Of a stretch of DNA of 64,000 bases, positions 1-9,777 are shown one piece after another (within the stretch, counting starts at the first letter, position 1; each line of letters starts with the position of its first letter). This DNA comes from a candidate division BRC1 bacterium HGW-BRC1-1 (lineage in GTDB: Bacteria > Sumerlaeota > Sumerlaeia > Sumerlaeales > Sumerlaeaceae): positions 100,879 to 164,878 of the forward strand of contig PHCB01000008.1 of the NCBI GenBank assembly GCA_002842095.1, in the 5' to 3' direction. Both the position numbers and the translations under genes were made by a program. Under the pieces are notes generated by a model. It ran no database searches. It saw only the letters and a program-made list of their open reading frames with translations, and was not told the origin of the DNA.

Positions 1-155
1 AGCGGCGCGACAAAGGACGTGGCTGCGGTGGTCATGGCTACACGGACCTCGGCGCCCGCTTTGCGGAGTTGCGAGCAGAGGTCGCAAGCTTTGTAAGCCG
101 CAATGCCTCCGGTCACACCGAGTATTATTCTTTTCCCATCCAGAGTGCTTGCCAT
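1..155 (-). CDS. coaBC: Bifunctional phosphopantothenoylcysteine decarboxylase/synthase, 5' part (runs off window start)
   Basis: Manual translation from ATG at 155: [52 protein letters not shown], the typical CoaC flavoprotein N-terminus ([10 protein letters not shown]). Confidence 0.92.
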   Translation of the reverse strand, partial: MASTLDGKRIILGVTGGIAAYKACDLCSQLRKAGAEVRVAMTTAATSFVAP

Positions 156-311
156 GTTCGGTCGCCTGCCTTTTCCAGTTGTGCCCACGGGTGAGCACTT
201 CAACTTGCATCAAGCATGGGCAAGATTGTCCTTCAAGCAAGCCGATTTCAAATATGTTCTGCTAAACCTTGCTTGAAACCGTAACGACGAGGATATCCTA
301 TCGTTTCTGAG

Positions 312-842
312 ATGAACACCGAGCCAAATAACGTAGGATCCATGGTGCCTGGATTTGCAGGGGAGCTTGTTCCCGAGCAGATAATCTGGGAGGGAATGCC
401 CTCTTTGCGTCTGACGTTCCCTCCACTGCTCGTGGTGGGGACAGCTTATGTGTTGGCGGCCTTGTTACAGTTGGTTTTTCAGGCCGACCGGATGACGCAC
501 CTTGTTACGTTCAGTCTGGCCTTTCTCATAGGCTTTGCTGTTTTTGTGAGGCAGGCGCTTCTGTTGCGGGCTTGCTATTACCGTCTTACCACGGATTCGA
601 TTTATGTGCGACGCGGGCTTTTCGACCGGGTTACCGAGCACGTTTCCCTGGATCATTTCCGAGATGTTTTCGTGGAGGAAAACTCCCTGGCGAAAATCTT
701 GGGTTGCGGAGATGTGGAGATCATCAGCGGGAACGTGGCCAGCGAGCAGGTTTGTTTTGAGGGAGTTCACCATCCGGTGGAGATAAAAGAGTTGGTCTTA
801 AAAGCGGTGGCCGATCGTAAAGTGAAGCAGAACCCCAATTGA
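312..842 (+). CDS. Membrane protein with bacterial PH (bPH_2/DUF304-like) domain
   Basis: Two hydrophobic helices, then YRLTTDSIYVRRGLFDR...LAKILGCGDVEI pattern of bPH_2; stop overlaps the next start. Confidence 0.75.
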   Translation: MNTEPNNVGSMVPGFAGELVPEQIIWEGMPSLRLTFPPLLVVGTAYVLAALLQLVFQADRMTHLVTFSLAFLIGFAVFVRQALLLRACYYRLTTDSIYVRRGLFDRVTEHVSLDHFRDVFVEENSLAKILGCGDVEIISGNVASEQVCFEGVHHPVEIKELVLKAVADRKVKQNPN

Positions 843-2647
843 AACGAAAGCCCATTAACCCTCCCGCACCTCCCGAGGATGCATCCGTCGTTTCGCCTGC
901 TCCCTTAAAGCATCGCAAGGTGACAGAATCGAAACTCTCCGTGCGTTACCGCCGCCTGAAGGCTCTTTACAAAATTTCCGACCTCATCAACTCGACCACG
1001 AACCCAGCCACATTGTTGCGCCGGATACTGGCAGAGGCTGCTCGTGAAATGAAAGCCGACAGTGGGTCGCTGGCTTTCGTGAACATCGAAACCCAGACTT
1101 TGGAAATCCATACTTCCGTTGGCATGGACACGGGGCGCGCCGGACAACTTCGTTTGAGGGTTGGTCAGGGGGTCACCGGGACCGTGGCTGCAACCGGCAA
1201 ACCGGTTCGGCTGGACGATGTGCATGGTTCTCCGATGTACGTGGAAGTGGAGAGCCATGTCCGCTCGGAGTTGGCGGTTCCTCTTCGTGTTGAGGGAGAA
1301 GTGATCGGCGTGCTGAACGTTAATTCCAGCGTGACCGGTGCCTTTACCGAGGAGGACGAGCGGCTGATGATGGCCCTGGGAAATCAGGCCGCGAAGGTCA
1401 TCCACACCGCCCGATTGTACGAGAGGGTCGAGCGCCAGACACGACGTCTGGAGGGGCTGTTTGCGGTGGGTCAGGCACTCATTTCACCAGATCCGCTCCC
1501 CACGGTTCTCAACCGCATCACGCAGGCCGTGCAGGATATCATGGATGTTAAGCTCTGCTCCATCATGTTGCTGAGCGACATGCGTGAACTGACGCTGAGC
1601 GCTGTTTCGGGGGGGAGTGCGCAATACACACAACGCCCGGCGTTGAGCGTGCAGGACTCTCTCGTGGGAGATGTGGTAACGCGGCGTCAACCCGTGCAAG
1701 TATTCGACGTGCGACGTGCGAAACGCTACCGTGCCCGCAGCATGGCGCGGGAGGAACACCTCGTTTCTCTGCTGTCGGTGCCCGTGTTCTTTACGGATTC
1801 CCTCATCGGTATTCTTAACATCTATACGGACCAACCGCGCCGTTTCAGCGACGACGATATTCGTCTTTTGAACGCGTTCGCTTCTCTGTGCGCCATCGCG
1901 ATCGAGAACGCGCAGCGTTATGAACGCATGTTGAAGGCAGAGCATGGCATTCGGCAAGCGGACCGTCTGGCCACGCTGGGAATTCTGAGTGCCGAGATTG
2001 CCCATGAAATCCGCAACCCCGTCACGATCATCAGCATGTTGCTGCATAGCTTGCGGGAGGATCGTGCGATTCTGCCGGATCGCGAACGGGACATGGACAT
2101 CATCCTGGATAAACTCGATCGTATCAACCGCATCGTCAGCCAGGTGCTGAACATTTCCCGCAAACGGCCCCAACCCCTGGAGTGGGTCGATGTTAATCAG
2201 GTAATCGAAGAACTATTGCTGCTCGTGAACCATGCCTTCGCCGAGCATCGGGTGGTGCTGCAAAAAGAACTTGATCCAACGCTGCCCCCGATTCTTGCCG
2301 ACCGCGGGCATTTCGACCAGATTTTTCTGAACCTCATGATGAACGCGCAGGAGGCTATGCCCAACGGCGGGATATTGCATATTCGGTCCATGCGCATGCC
2401 CGAGCGAGGTTCCGAACCGAATCGGGTTCGTGTCATTTTCAAAGACACAGGCATCGGAATTTCACCCGAAGTGATGTCGAATCTTTTCACACCGTTTACG
2501 TCCACGCGCAAAGAGGGAGTCGGGCTGGGGCTCTTTGTTTCTCAAAAACTGTTAAAGGAATATGGCGGCAACATAACGGTGAAAAGTGCGCCCGATGAGG
2601 GAACCTCGTTCAGAGTAGAAATTCCGGTGGAGGCGACGCCATCTTGA
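839..2647 (+). CDS. Cytoplasmic GAF-GAF sensor histidine kinase
   Basis: Two GAF domains (GVTGTVAATGKP...SELAVPL...GVLNV; LLSVPV...GILNIY), H-box AHEIRNP, N-box NLMMNA, G-boxes DTGIG and GVGLGL; no TM helix; TTG start. Confidence 0.93.
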   Translation: MKRKPINPPAPPEDASVVSPAPLKHRKVTESKLSVRYRRLKALYKISDLINSTTNPATLLRRILAEAAREMKADSGSLAFVNIETQTLEIHTSVGMDTGRAGQLRLRVGQGVTGTVAATGKPVRLDDVHGSPMYVEVESHVRSELAVPLRVEGEVIGVLNVNSSVTGAFTEEDERLMMALGNQAAKVIHTARLYERVERQTRRLEGLFAVGQALISPDPLPTVLNRITQAVQDIMDVKLCSIMLLSDMRELTLSAVSGGSAQYTQRPALSVQDSLVGDVVTRRQPVQVFDVRRAKRYRARSMAREEHLVSLLSVPVFFTDSLIGILNIYTDQPRRFSDDDIRLLNAFASLCAIAIENAQRYERMLKAEHGIRQADRLATLGILSAEIAHEIRNPVTIISMLLHSLREDRAILPDRERDMDIILDKLDRINRIVSQVLNISRKRPQPLEWVDVNQVIEELLLLVNHAFAEHRVVLQKELDPTLPPILADRGHFDQIFLNLMMNAQEAMPNGGILHIRSMRMPERGSEPNRVRVIFKDTGIGISPEVMSNLFTPFTSTRKEGVGLGLFVSQKLLKEYGGNITVKSAPDEGTSFRVEIPVEATPS

Positions 2648-4095
2648 AATCCACAAAGCCCAAATTGATGGTCGTGGATGACGACGCCGATGTGCGGTAC
2701 TCCTTCAAGCGTCTCTTTGAGAGGGCCGACTATGCCATTATCGAAGCATCATCCGGCGAAGATGCGGTGCGGCTGGCGCAGTCGGAAAAGCCCGACGTTA
2801 TCCTGATGGACATTCGCATGCCCGGTGCGGATGGAATCGCTACCTTGCGGGAAATTCGTCGTTTCGATCCGCGGACGCCCGTCATTCTCATGACCGCTTA
2901 TGCATCGACACAAAGCACGATCGAGGCAATGAAAGCCGGTGCTTTCGATCATGTGATGAAGCCCTTCGACATTGAGAAAATTCGTTCGATCGTCAGTCAG
3001 GCCGTGAAGGCTTCGCAGGATATGCGGCGGGTGGTTTCCTTTCGCCCAAAGCGGTCGGGTGAAGGGCCTCATGAAGAAATCATCGGCCAAAGCGAATCCA
3101 TGCAGGAAGTTTACAAACTGATCGGCAGGGTTGCAGCGGGGGATCAACCGGTTCTCCTCACTGGCGAGCGGGGCACGGGCAAGCAATTGGTTGCCCGCGC
3201 AATCTATCATCACAGCGCCCGCAACACGAAGCCCTTTCTCGCAATCAACTGCGCCATCATTCCACCGCACCTGCTGGAAGGGGAACTGTTCGGCTGGACA
3301 CGCACTGCAGCCCTGCGAGGGGGGGAACTAAAAACCAGCAAACTGGAAATTTGCGATGGTGGAACACTTCTTCTCCACGAAATCGGAGCGATGACGATTC
3401 CGCTCCAGACACGATTGTTGCGAGTGATGGAAACGGGTCAGCTGGAAAAGTTTGGCGGGATGCAAACCGTTCCTGCCAATATTCGCATCATCGCCTCCTC
3501 CAGTGCAGACTTGCATGCTTTGACCGAGTCGGGGGATTTTCGCTCGGATTTGTATTTTGCCCTCCGAGCATCGGAAATAAACCTTCCGCCACTTTCGCAG
3601 CGCAAGGGGGACATCCCTCTTCTCGTTGCGCATTATGTAGAACGCGAGGCACCGCGCTTGGGGTTGGGTCGGGTGATTGTGGACCCGGCTGCCATGGCTC
3701 TTCTCGAACAGGGGGCTTATGAATCCAACGTTCGTGAGCTGGAAAATATCGTTCGCAACACCCTGGTGGGGCTGAAGGGCAATGTTATCAGCGCCGGCGA
3801 TCTGGAGATGAAACGGGCGGAGGCGACCGAAAGTGCCGTGGGGATATTGACCGACGATTCACTTTTCGACGCGCTGTTTCAGGAGATCGCCCGACGACAA
3901 CCTTTGCCACCGGGATTTGATTCTTTCGATATTATCGAACGCAAACTTGTCATCCGCGCGTTGGAACAATGCGAAGGGAATCAGAGCCGTGTCGCGAAGT
4001 TTCTCGGGATCACCCGCAATACGCTGCGCAAACGCATCGCCAAGTATGGTCTCAAAATCGGCGGCAAGCGCGTGCACGATGAGGGAGAACCGTGA
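2644..4095 (+). CDS. NtrC/AtoC-family response regulator (REC-AAA+-Fis HTH) with degenerate sigma54-activator core
   Basis: Intact receiver (VVDDD, LMDIRMP, MTAY, KPF) and C-terminal HTH (GNQSRVAKFLGITRNTLRKRI); AAA+ motifs altered (see findings). Confidence 0.9.
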   Translation: MKSTKPKLMVVDDDADVRYSFKRLFERADYAIIEASSGEDAVRLAQSEKPDVILMDIRMPGADGIATLREIRRFDPRTPVILMTAYASTQSTIEAMKAGAFDHVMKPFDIEKIRSIVSQAVKASQDMRRVVSFRPKRSGEGPHEEIIGQSESMQEVYKLIGRVAAGDQPVLLTGERGTGKQLVARAIYHHSARNTKPFLAINCAIIPPHLLEGELFGWTRTAALRGGELKTSKLEICDGGTLLLHEIGAMTIPLQTRLLRVMETGQLEKFGGMQTVPANIRIIASSSADLHALTESGDFRSDLYFALRASEINLPPLSQRKGDIPLLVAHYVEREAPRLGLGRVIVDPAAMALLEQGAYESNVRELENIVRNTLVGLKGNVISAGDLEMKRAEATESAVGILTDDSLFDALFQEIARRQPLPPGFDSFDIIERKLVIRALEQCEGNQSRVAKFLGITRNTLRKRIAKYGLKIGGKRVHDEGEP

Positions 4096-5267
4096 TGACT
4101 TCGTCCGATCCTCCGAGAATTGTGTGGCTCGCCAACTCCTTTGAGGATGACGCCCCCACACGCCTCATGATGGAGACTGCCATCGCCTGGCACAAGCGCC
4201 ATGGGGGGAAGAATGTCATGGTGGCGTTGAGCAGGGATGGGATTTTGCGCAACGATATCGATCGGGCGGGCATTCAATCGATTGTGTTGCGAATGACAGG
4301 GCCGACGGATCTGTTCGGTATCGGTCGCCTCTTCAGTTTATTGCGGCGACTGCAACCGTCGTTGGTGCACACTACATTAATGCGTCCGACAGTGTGGGGG
4401 ATTCCTGCCGCCCGGGCTGCCGGGGCCCGGAAGACCATAATCACTTGCAATGGAACCCATGAATGGAAGGAAGGGTCGGGCGTGGGCAATGCCTTTGCCG
4501 GTCCACTCTTTCGGTGCGCGGCACGCAAGGCTGATGCACTCGTTTGTGTTTCCGAGGGTGTGAAGACTGATCTCCTGAATTCAGGCGTTAAAACTCGGCG
4601 AATGCTTGTGATCCCCAATGGAATCGATCCCAACAATTTCACGCCTAAAAGCGCCGATCAGGAGGCTCCACAAGATTATTTGAAAGGTCTTTGGGAACCG
4701 AACCTGCGGTCGGATGCGGTGATCATCGCCGGTGCGGGAAATCTGCGCGTTGTAAAAGGTTACGACCTTCTGGTGGAAGCTGCTGCTCGCCTTCGAGTAA
4801 CCTGTCCGCAAGCCCGTTTTGTGGTTTGGGGCGAAGGACCGGAGCGAGGGCGTTTGGAGGGGATGATCGAAACACTCGGCCTTGGCGATGTTTTCAAATT
4901 GCCCGGAAGAGCCGCCTCGATTCCTCAACTGCTGGCCGAATGTGATGTGTTTGTTCAGCCCTCAAGAGCAGAAGGTTTTGGGTTGGCCGCCTTGGAAGCG
5001 ATGGCGTGCGGTCTCCCGGTTGTGGCTGCAAACGTCGGAGGATTGCGCACCATCGTGGAGGATGGTGTAACCGGCTGGAGGTTCTCTCCCGGCGATGCTG
5101 ATGCATTGGGCCGTATGCTATCCCACCTTACTGAACAACCAGCGTTGATGAGGGCCATGGGGAAGGCCGGACACGACCGCGCACATCGACACTTCACGCT
5201 GGAAAAGATGACGAACGCTTACGAGCAACTCAGCGAAAGCCTACTGGCCCAAGGGACCGCCTCATGA
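4092..5267 (+). CDS. Glycosyltransferase family 4 (GT-B)
   Basis: VIPNGID, KGYDLL, DVFVQPSRAEGFGLAALEAMACGLPVV (E-x7-E motif). Confidence 0.92.
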   Translation: MMTSSDPPRIVWLANSFEDDAPTRLMMETAIAWHKRHGGKNVMVALSRDGILRNDIDRAGIQSIVLRMTGPTDLFGIGRLFSLLRRLQPSLVHTTLMRPTVWGIPAARAAGARKTIITCNGTHEWKEGSGVGNAFAGPLFRCAARKADALVCVSEGVKTDLLNSGVKTRRMLVIPNGIDPNNFTPKSADQEAPQDYLKGLWEPNLRSDAVIIAGAGNLRVVKGYDLLVEAAARLRVTCPQARFVVWGEGPERGRLEGMIETLGLGDVFKLPGRAASIPQLLAECDVFVQPSRAEGFGLAALEAMACGLPVVAANVGGLRTIVEDGVTGWRFSPGDADALGRMLSHLTEQPALMRAMGKAGHDRAHRHFTLEKMTNAYEQLSESLLAQGTAS

Positions 5268-6259
5268 GCGAAATCCTCGTCCGCCCAATGGAACCTGATG
5301 AGTTGGATTCGTGGAATGAATTCGTCGCGGGATCGCCTCAAGGGAGCGTGTTCCACACCACGGCGTGGAAGCATGTGATAGAAAATAGCGGTGAGGGCGA
5401 GCTTGCCTTTTGGGGGTGTTTCGAGGATAGAATGTTATGTGGGGGAGTGGTTTTTCTTGAACGGGAGAGGCATGGTCAGCGAACCGCAGTTACGCCTCTT
5501 CTCACTCCCTACTGTGGTCTGCTTTTGGATGAACCGGCGGGAGAGAAATTTTCAGATCAGATATCGCGCGATACGCGTGTAGCAGCGGCCCTGGCGGGTG
5601 CGTTGACCGATCAATTTTCCTATGTGAACTTGATGAACTCGCCTGCACTGCACGACGTGCGACCCCTGACGGATGCGAAATTCGAACTGATTCCACGCTT
5701 CACTTATTTGATAAATCTCTGCCTGCCGGTGGACGAGCTTTGGCAGCGGTTGGATGGCAGCGTGCGGCGTCAGATACGCAAGGCTGAACGCTCGGATTTT
5801 GAAGTGACAGATAATCTGAACGTGGAGGAAGGCTTCACTCTTTTCGATTCAACCTTCACGCGTCGTGGTGAAGTGAATCCCATTTCCCGGGCGTTTTTCG
5901 AAGAGATCGTGGAGAGTGAACGCCTGCGCGAGAAACGGCGAATTTTTTGCGCAATCAGGGCGGGCCGTCTGGAATCATTTATTGTCAGTCTCAGCGATAA
6001 CGAAACCACGTATTATGCCCTTGCCGCCACTGATGAAGCGGCCCTTGGCGAGGGGGTCAGTTCGTATCTCGTATGGGAAATGATCAAGAATCAGGCGACC
6101 GAGGGCATGAAGACATTGGATTTTGTCGGTGCGAACATCCCCTCCATTGCCCGTTTCAAAGAGGGATTCAATCCGCGTTTGCAGATTTACTTTCATTCCC
6201 AATACTTCAGTTCTGCCTTGTTGAAACTGGGCAAACATTTTGCCGACAGGATTCGCTGA
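5264..6259 (+). CDS. FemAB-like / BioF2-like GNAT acyltransferase
   Basis: WNEFV..SPQGSVFHT..W N-terminus, RRQIRKAER, LDFVGANIPSIARFKEGFN C-terminal motif. Confidence 0.8.
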   Translation: MSEILVRPMEPDELDSWNEFVAGSPQGSVFHTTAWKHVIENSGEGELAFWGCFEDRMLCGGVVFLERERHGQRTAVTPLLTPYCGLLLDEPAGEKFSDQISRDTRVAAALAGALTDQFSYVNLMNSPALHDVRPLTDAKFELIPRFTYLINLCLPVDELWQRLDGSVRRQIRKAERSDFEVTDNLNVEEGFTLFDSTFTRRGEVNPISRAFFEEIVESERLREKRRIFCAIRAGRLESFIVSLSDNETTYYALAATDEAALGEGVSSYLVWEMIKNQATEGMKTLDFVGANIPSIARFKEGFNPRLQIYFHSQYFSSALLKLGKHFADRIR

Positions 6260-6296
6260 CCCATGATAGAGGCGCTGAACGTGGAGGGACACTCAT

Positions 6297-7025
6297 TTGA
6301 CGGTGATTGAAGCGCGTCTGGTGAGCAAAGTTTACGAGACCGGCGACAGGCCCGTGCGCGTTCTGGAAGATTGGACGCAGGTCATTGAGCCGGGCAGTTT
6401 CATGGCGCTCGTCGGGCGCAGTGGAAGTGGCAAAACCACGCTGCTGAACATCGTGGGCGGGTTGGATCGTCCCACGTCGGGGCAAATTATGATCGATGGC
6501 CGACACCTCGAATCCATGAGCGACGCCGAACTTTCCCTGTTTCGCAACGAAACGGTGGGGTTTGTGTTTCAAACCTTCTTTCTTCGCCCGCTGCGTTCCG
6601 CTTTGGAAAACGTCATTGTGCCTCTGCTCTTTTCCTCCAAGACATTGCGTGAGGCGCGGGCCTTGGGGCGGGAGGCCTTGGAGAAGGTGGGCTTGAACCA
6701 TCTTGCCTCCACCCAGGTCCGCCGTCTCTCGGGCGGCCAGCGTCAGCGCGTCGCCGTTGCCCGTGCCATCGTTAATAAGCCGACCCTTTTGCTGGCCGAC
6801 GAGCCGACAGGAAATCTCGATGGCGAAACCGCGTTGGAAATCTTCGAGTTGCTGCGTGATTACAATCTCAACCACAAGGCCACAGTCATGATGGTTACCC
6901 ACGACCCCCTTGTGGAACGGTTCAACATTCCGCGCTTCACCATCGAAAATCGCAATCTCGTCCCATTGACCGATTCAATTCACGTTAATCGCAGCACCCG
7001 GTCTGCGGAAAGGCAGGAGTCCTGA
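6297..7025 (+). CDS. ABC transporter ATP-binding protein, LolD/MacB-like
   Basis: Walker A GRSGSGKT, signature LSGGQRQRVA, Walker B LLADEPTGNLD, H-loop VTHD. Confidence 0.92.
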   Translation: MTVIEARLVSKVYETGDRPVRVLEDWTQVIEPGSFMALVGRSGSGKTTLLNIVGGLDRPTSGQIMIDGRHLESMSDAELSLFRNETVGFVFQTFFLRPLRSALENVIVPLLFSSKTLREARALGREALEKVGLNHLASTQVRRLSGGQRQRVAVARAIVNKPTLLLADEPTGNLDGETALEIFELLRDYNLNHKATVMMVTHDPLVERFNIPRFTIENRNLVPLTDSIHVNRSTRSAERQES

Positions 7026-8623
7026 TGTTTAATCTTATCATCACTAATGCAACGGTTGTCGATGGCTCGGGGGGGAAACCTTTCAAAGGTCACGTCGGCG
7101 TTCAGGGAGAGCGCGTTACGGCGTTGTCTAATGCGGAGAACGATTCTGAGAATCTGGAGAGCGCTGAAGCGGCCGTGCGCATTGATGCTGCGGGGCGCAT
7201 GCTCACTCCCGGCTTCGTGGATGTTCATGGTCACAGCGACATGAACGTTCTGGCCAATGCCAATGCCGAGTCCAAGTTGCGTCAGGGCATCACCACGGAG
7301 ATCGTGGGAAATTGCGGGTACAGTGCCTTCCCGCTGCGCGGACAGTTTCTGGCCGATGAGCAGGAATCCAACAAGGATATCGGTATTGAGATTAACTGGC
7401 AGAACGTTGATGGTTATCTGAATGCGTTGGCCGCAGTAAAACCGGCCATGAACATCGCTTCATTCGTGGGCCACTGCAATATACGCGGTAGCGTGATGGG
7501 ATTTGAAGACCGGGTGCCTAGATCCGATGAGATGAAAGCGATGCGTCGCGAAGTCGAAATCGCGATGGAAGCCGGAGCGCTGGGCCTTTCGACGGGCCTG
7601 ATCTATTCGCCCGGTTATTTCGCTGATTCTGCCGAAGTCGTTGAGCTGCAGAAAGCGGCGGGGAAGGGCATCTACGCCTCTCACGTTCGCGGTGAGGGCG
7701 ACACGTTGTTGGAAGCCGCCGATGAGTTTATGGAAGTGGTGGAAGGGGCCGGGTGTCAGGGGCAGTTCAGTCACCTCAAGGCGTCGGCCCCGCGCAACTG
7801 GGGCAAGGTTTCCAAGGTTATCGATCAGGTTGAAGCGATTAACGAGCGCGGTGGCAATGTCCGTTTTGACAAGTATCCCTATGTCGCCTCGAGCACGGGG
7901 CTCGACTCGCTGCTGCCGCGTTGGGTGCGCGATGGTGGGCGCGAGCGCGCACTGGAAAGACTGGCCGATTCATCCCTCATGGATCGAATAATAAGCGAAG
8001 CGGCGGAGATGAACGAAGGGAAGGACGGATGGGATTCGGTCATTATATGCAGCGCGGGAAGCGACGCGTATAAGCCCTATCATGGTAAATCCATCGGTGA
8101 AATCGCTGTCGCGCGTGGCATGAAAACGGGCGAGGTCTTCATCGATATGCTGCTCAAGGGACGCATGCACACCTCTATCGCCAACTTCACCATGAATCAG
8201 GAAGAGACCGATTTGGTGCTGACGCATCCTCTCGGAATGGTGTGCACGGATGCCGGTTGTCGTGCGCCTTACGGAGCGCTGCACCACGATTTCCCACATC
8301 CGCGGGCTTATGGGTCCTTCGGAAAATTCTTTCGCGATTATGTGAAGGAACGTTCCCTGATGAGCATTGAGGCTGCGGTGGCCAAGGTTTCGGGGCTGCC
8401 ATGCGAAACGTTCGGACTTCGCAATCGGGGCAAAATCGCAGACGGATATTTCGCGGATCTCTTGCTGATTGACTGGCCGCGCTTCGAGGATCGTGCGACA
8501 TTTGCCGACCCTCATCAATACTGCACGGGTCTGGATGCCATTGTGGTAAATGGTTGCCTGACGGTTTCCGGCGAGCAGCACACCGGAAACAGGGGCGGGC
8601 GGTTTTTGCGACGCGAGGGATGA
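7025..8623 (+). CDS. N-acyl-D-amino-acid deacylase (D-aminoacylase, amidohydrolase superfamily)
   Basis: PGFVDVHGHSD, GITTEIVGNCG, GLSTGLIYSPG, SHVRGE, SHLK, PHPRAYGSF. Confidence 0.9.
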   Translation: MFNLIITNATVVDGSGGKPFKGHVGVQGERVTALSNAENDSENLESAEAAVRIDAAGRMLTPGFVDVHGHSDMNVLANANAESKLRQGITTEIVGNCGYSAFPLRGQFLADEQESNKDIGIEINWQNVDGYLNALAAVKPAMNIASFVGHCNIRGSVMGFEDRVPRSDEMKAMRREVEIAMEAGALGLSTGLIYSPGYFADSAEVVELQKAAGKGIYASHVRGEGDTLLEAADEFMEVVEGAGCQGQFSHLKASAPRNWGKVSKVIDQVEAINERGGNVRFDKYPYVASSTGLDSLLPRWVRDGGRERALERLADSSLMDRIISEAAEMNEGKDGWDSVIICSAGSDAYKPYHGKSIGEIAVARGMKTGEVFIDMLLKGRMHTSIANFTMNQEETDLVLTHPLGMVCTDAGCRAPYGALHHDFPHPRAYGSFGKFFRDYVKERSLMSIEAAVAKVSGLPCETFGLRNRGKIADGYFADLLLIDWPRFEDRATFADPHQYCTGLDAIVVNGCLTVSGEQHTGNRGGRFLRREG

Positions 8624-8716
8624 CGCCCCGCATTTCCCATTGCGCTTGCCAACTAACCCCGTCTGGGTGACAACGTCCATCGAGACACCCATGTGAAGGA
8701 TCGCAGGAGTATAGCC

Positions 8717-9736
8717 ATGCCTAAAGCAGTAACATACGAAGACGCCGGTGTCAGCATCCGCAAAGGTGATGAGGTTGTGGATTTTCTCCGCACCCGCAAC
8801 AAATCCATCGGAGGTTTCAGTGGTTTGTTTCCGCTGAAAACCGCCGGTATGAAAAAACCGATGCTGGTCGCGTCGACCGACGGTGTCGGCACAAAATTGC
8901 TTGTCGCCAAAGAAGCGAAGGACTGCTCGACCATTGGCATCGATCTGGTGGCCATGGTCATCAACGACCTCCTCGTGTGCGGTGCCAAACCGCTTTTCTT
9001 TCTCGATTATTATGCAACCAGCCGTTTGGACATACGCGAGGCCCGCGAGGTGTTGGAGGGAATTCTGAAGGGCTGCGAGATTGCAAAGTCGCCGCTGATC
9101 GGTGGCGAGACGGCGGAACTGCCGGGTCTCTATGCGCCCGGAGACTTCGATCTGGCCGGGTTTGGAATCGGTATCGTGGATGGGGCCAAAGCGATTGATG
9201 GCCGGACCATCGTTCCCGGCGATCTGGTTTTCGGATTCGAATCCACGGGCATTCACAGCAACGGCTATTCTCTCGCCCGCCACGTGCTGCTCGACCGCGC
9301 CGGCATGTCGGTGAAAACCCGCGTGAAAGAGTTGAATTCCACATTGGGTGCGGCACTGTTGAAGCCCACGCGAATCTACACCGATCTGGCTGCGGCCCTC
9401 GTGAAGTCAAAGGCGGTGGTGAAGGGATTCGCCCACATAACCGGCGGAGGGATTCCGGGGAATTTGAACCGGGTTCTGCCCAAGAAGGTCGACGCGGTGG
9501 TCTATAAAAACCGTTGGGATACCCCGCCCATTTTTAAGATGATCCAACGGCTTGGTCCGGTGGATTATCCGGAAATGTTGAAGACTTTCAACATGGGTAT
9601 TGGCTTTATGGCCGTTGCCGCACCTTCCGAGCAGAAACGCATTTTCAAGGCGGCCGAAGCGGCTGGTGATACTGTGCATCTGGTCGGTGAGATCGTAAAA
9701 GGAACGGGACGCGTGCGCGTTGAGGTTGAGGGCTGA
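8717..9736 (+). CDS. purM: Phosphoribosylformylglycinamidine cyclo-ligase (AIR synthase)
   Basis: YEDAGVS, STDGVGTK, GGETAELPG, GIHSNGYSL, HITGGG, TFNMGIG; AGGAG RBS before ATG 8717. Confidence 0.97.
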   Translation: MPKAVTYEDAGVSIRKGDEVVDFLRTRNKSIGGFSGLFPLKTAGMKKPMLVASTDGVGTKLLVAKEAKDCSTIGIDLVAMVINDLLVCGAKPLFFLDYYATSRLDIREAREVLEGILKGCEIAKSPLIGGETAELPGLYAPGDFDLAGFGIGIVDGAKAIDGRTIVPGDLVFGFESTGIHSNGYSLARHVLLDRAGMSVKTRVKELNSTLGAALLKPTRIYTDLAAALVKSKAVVKGFAHITGGGIPGNLNRVLPKKVDAVVYKNRWDTPPIFKMIQRLGPVDYPEMLKTFNMGIGFMAVAAPSEQKRIFKAAEAAGDTVHLVGEIVKGTGRVRVEVEG

Positions 9737-9777
9737 GTCGATCCGCGATTTATTTTTACGCTGATCGCCCGGGGGTA

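Noticed and set aside
8624-8716. Purine/ZTP riboswitch before purM
   Set aside because: Only a short GGGTG/CACCC hairpin; no purine or pfl consensus
7970-9283. 437-aa minus-strand ORF (also 20125-21390, 54222-55280, 14900-15742, 46077-46928 and similar)
   Set aside because: Antisense shadows of well-supported genes in GC-rich DNA; no family motifs
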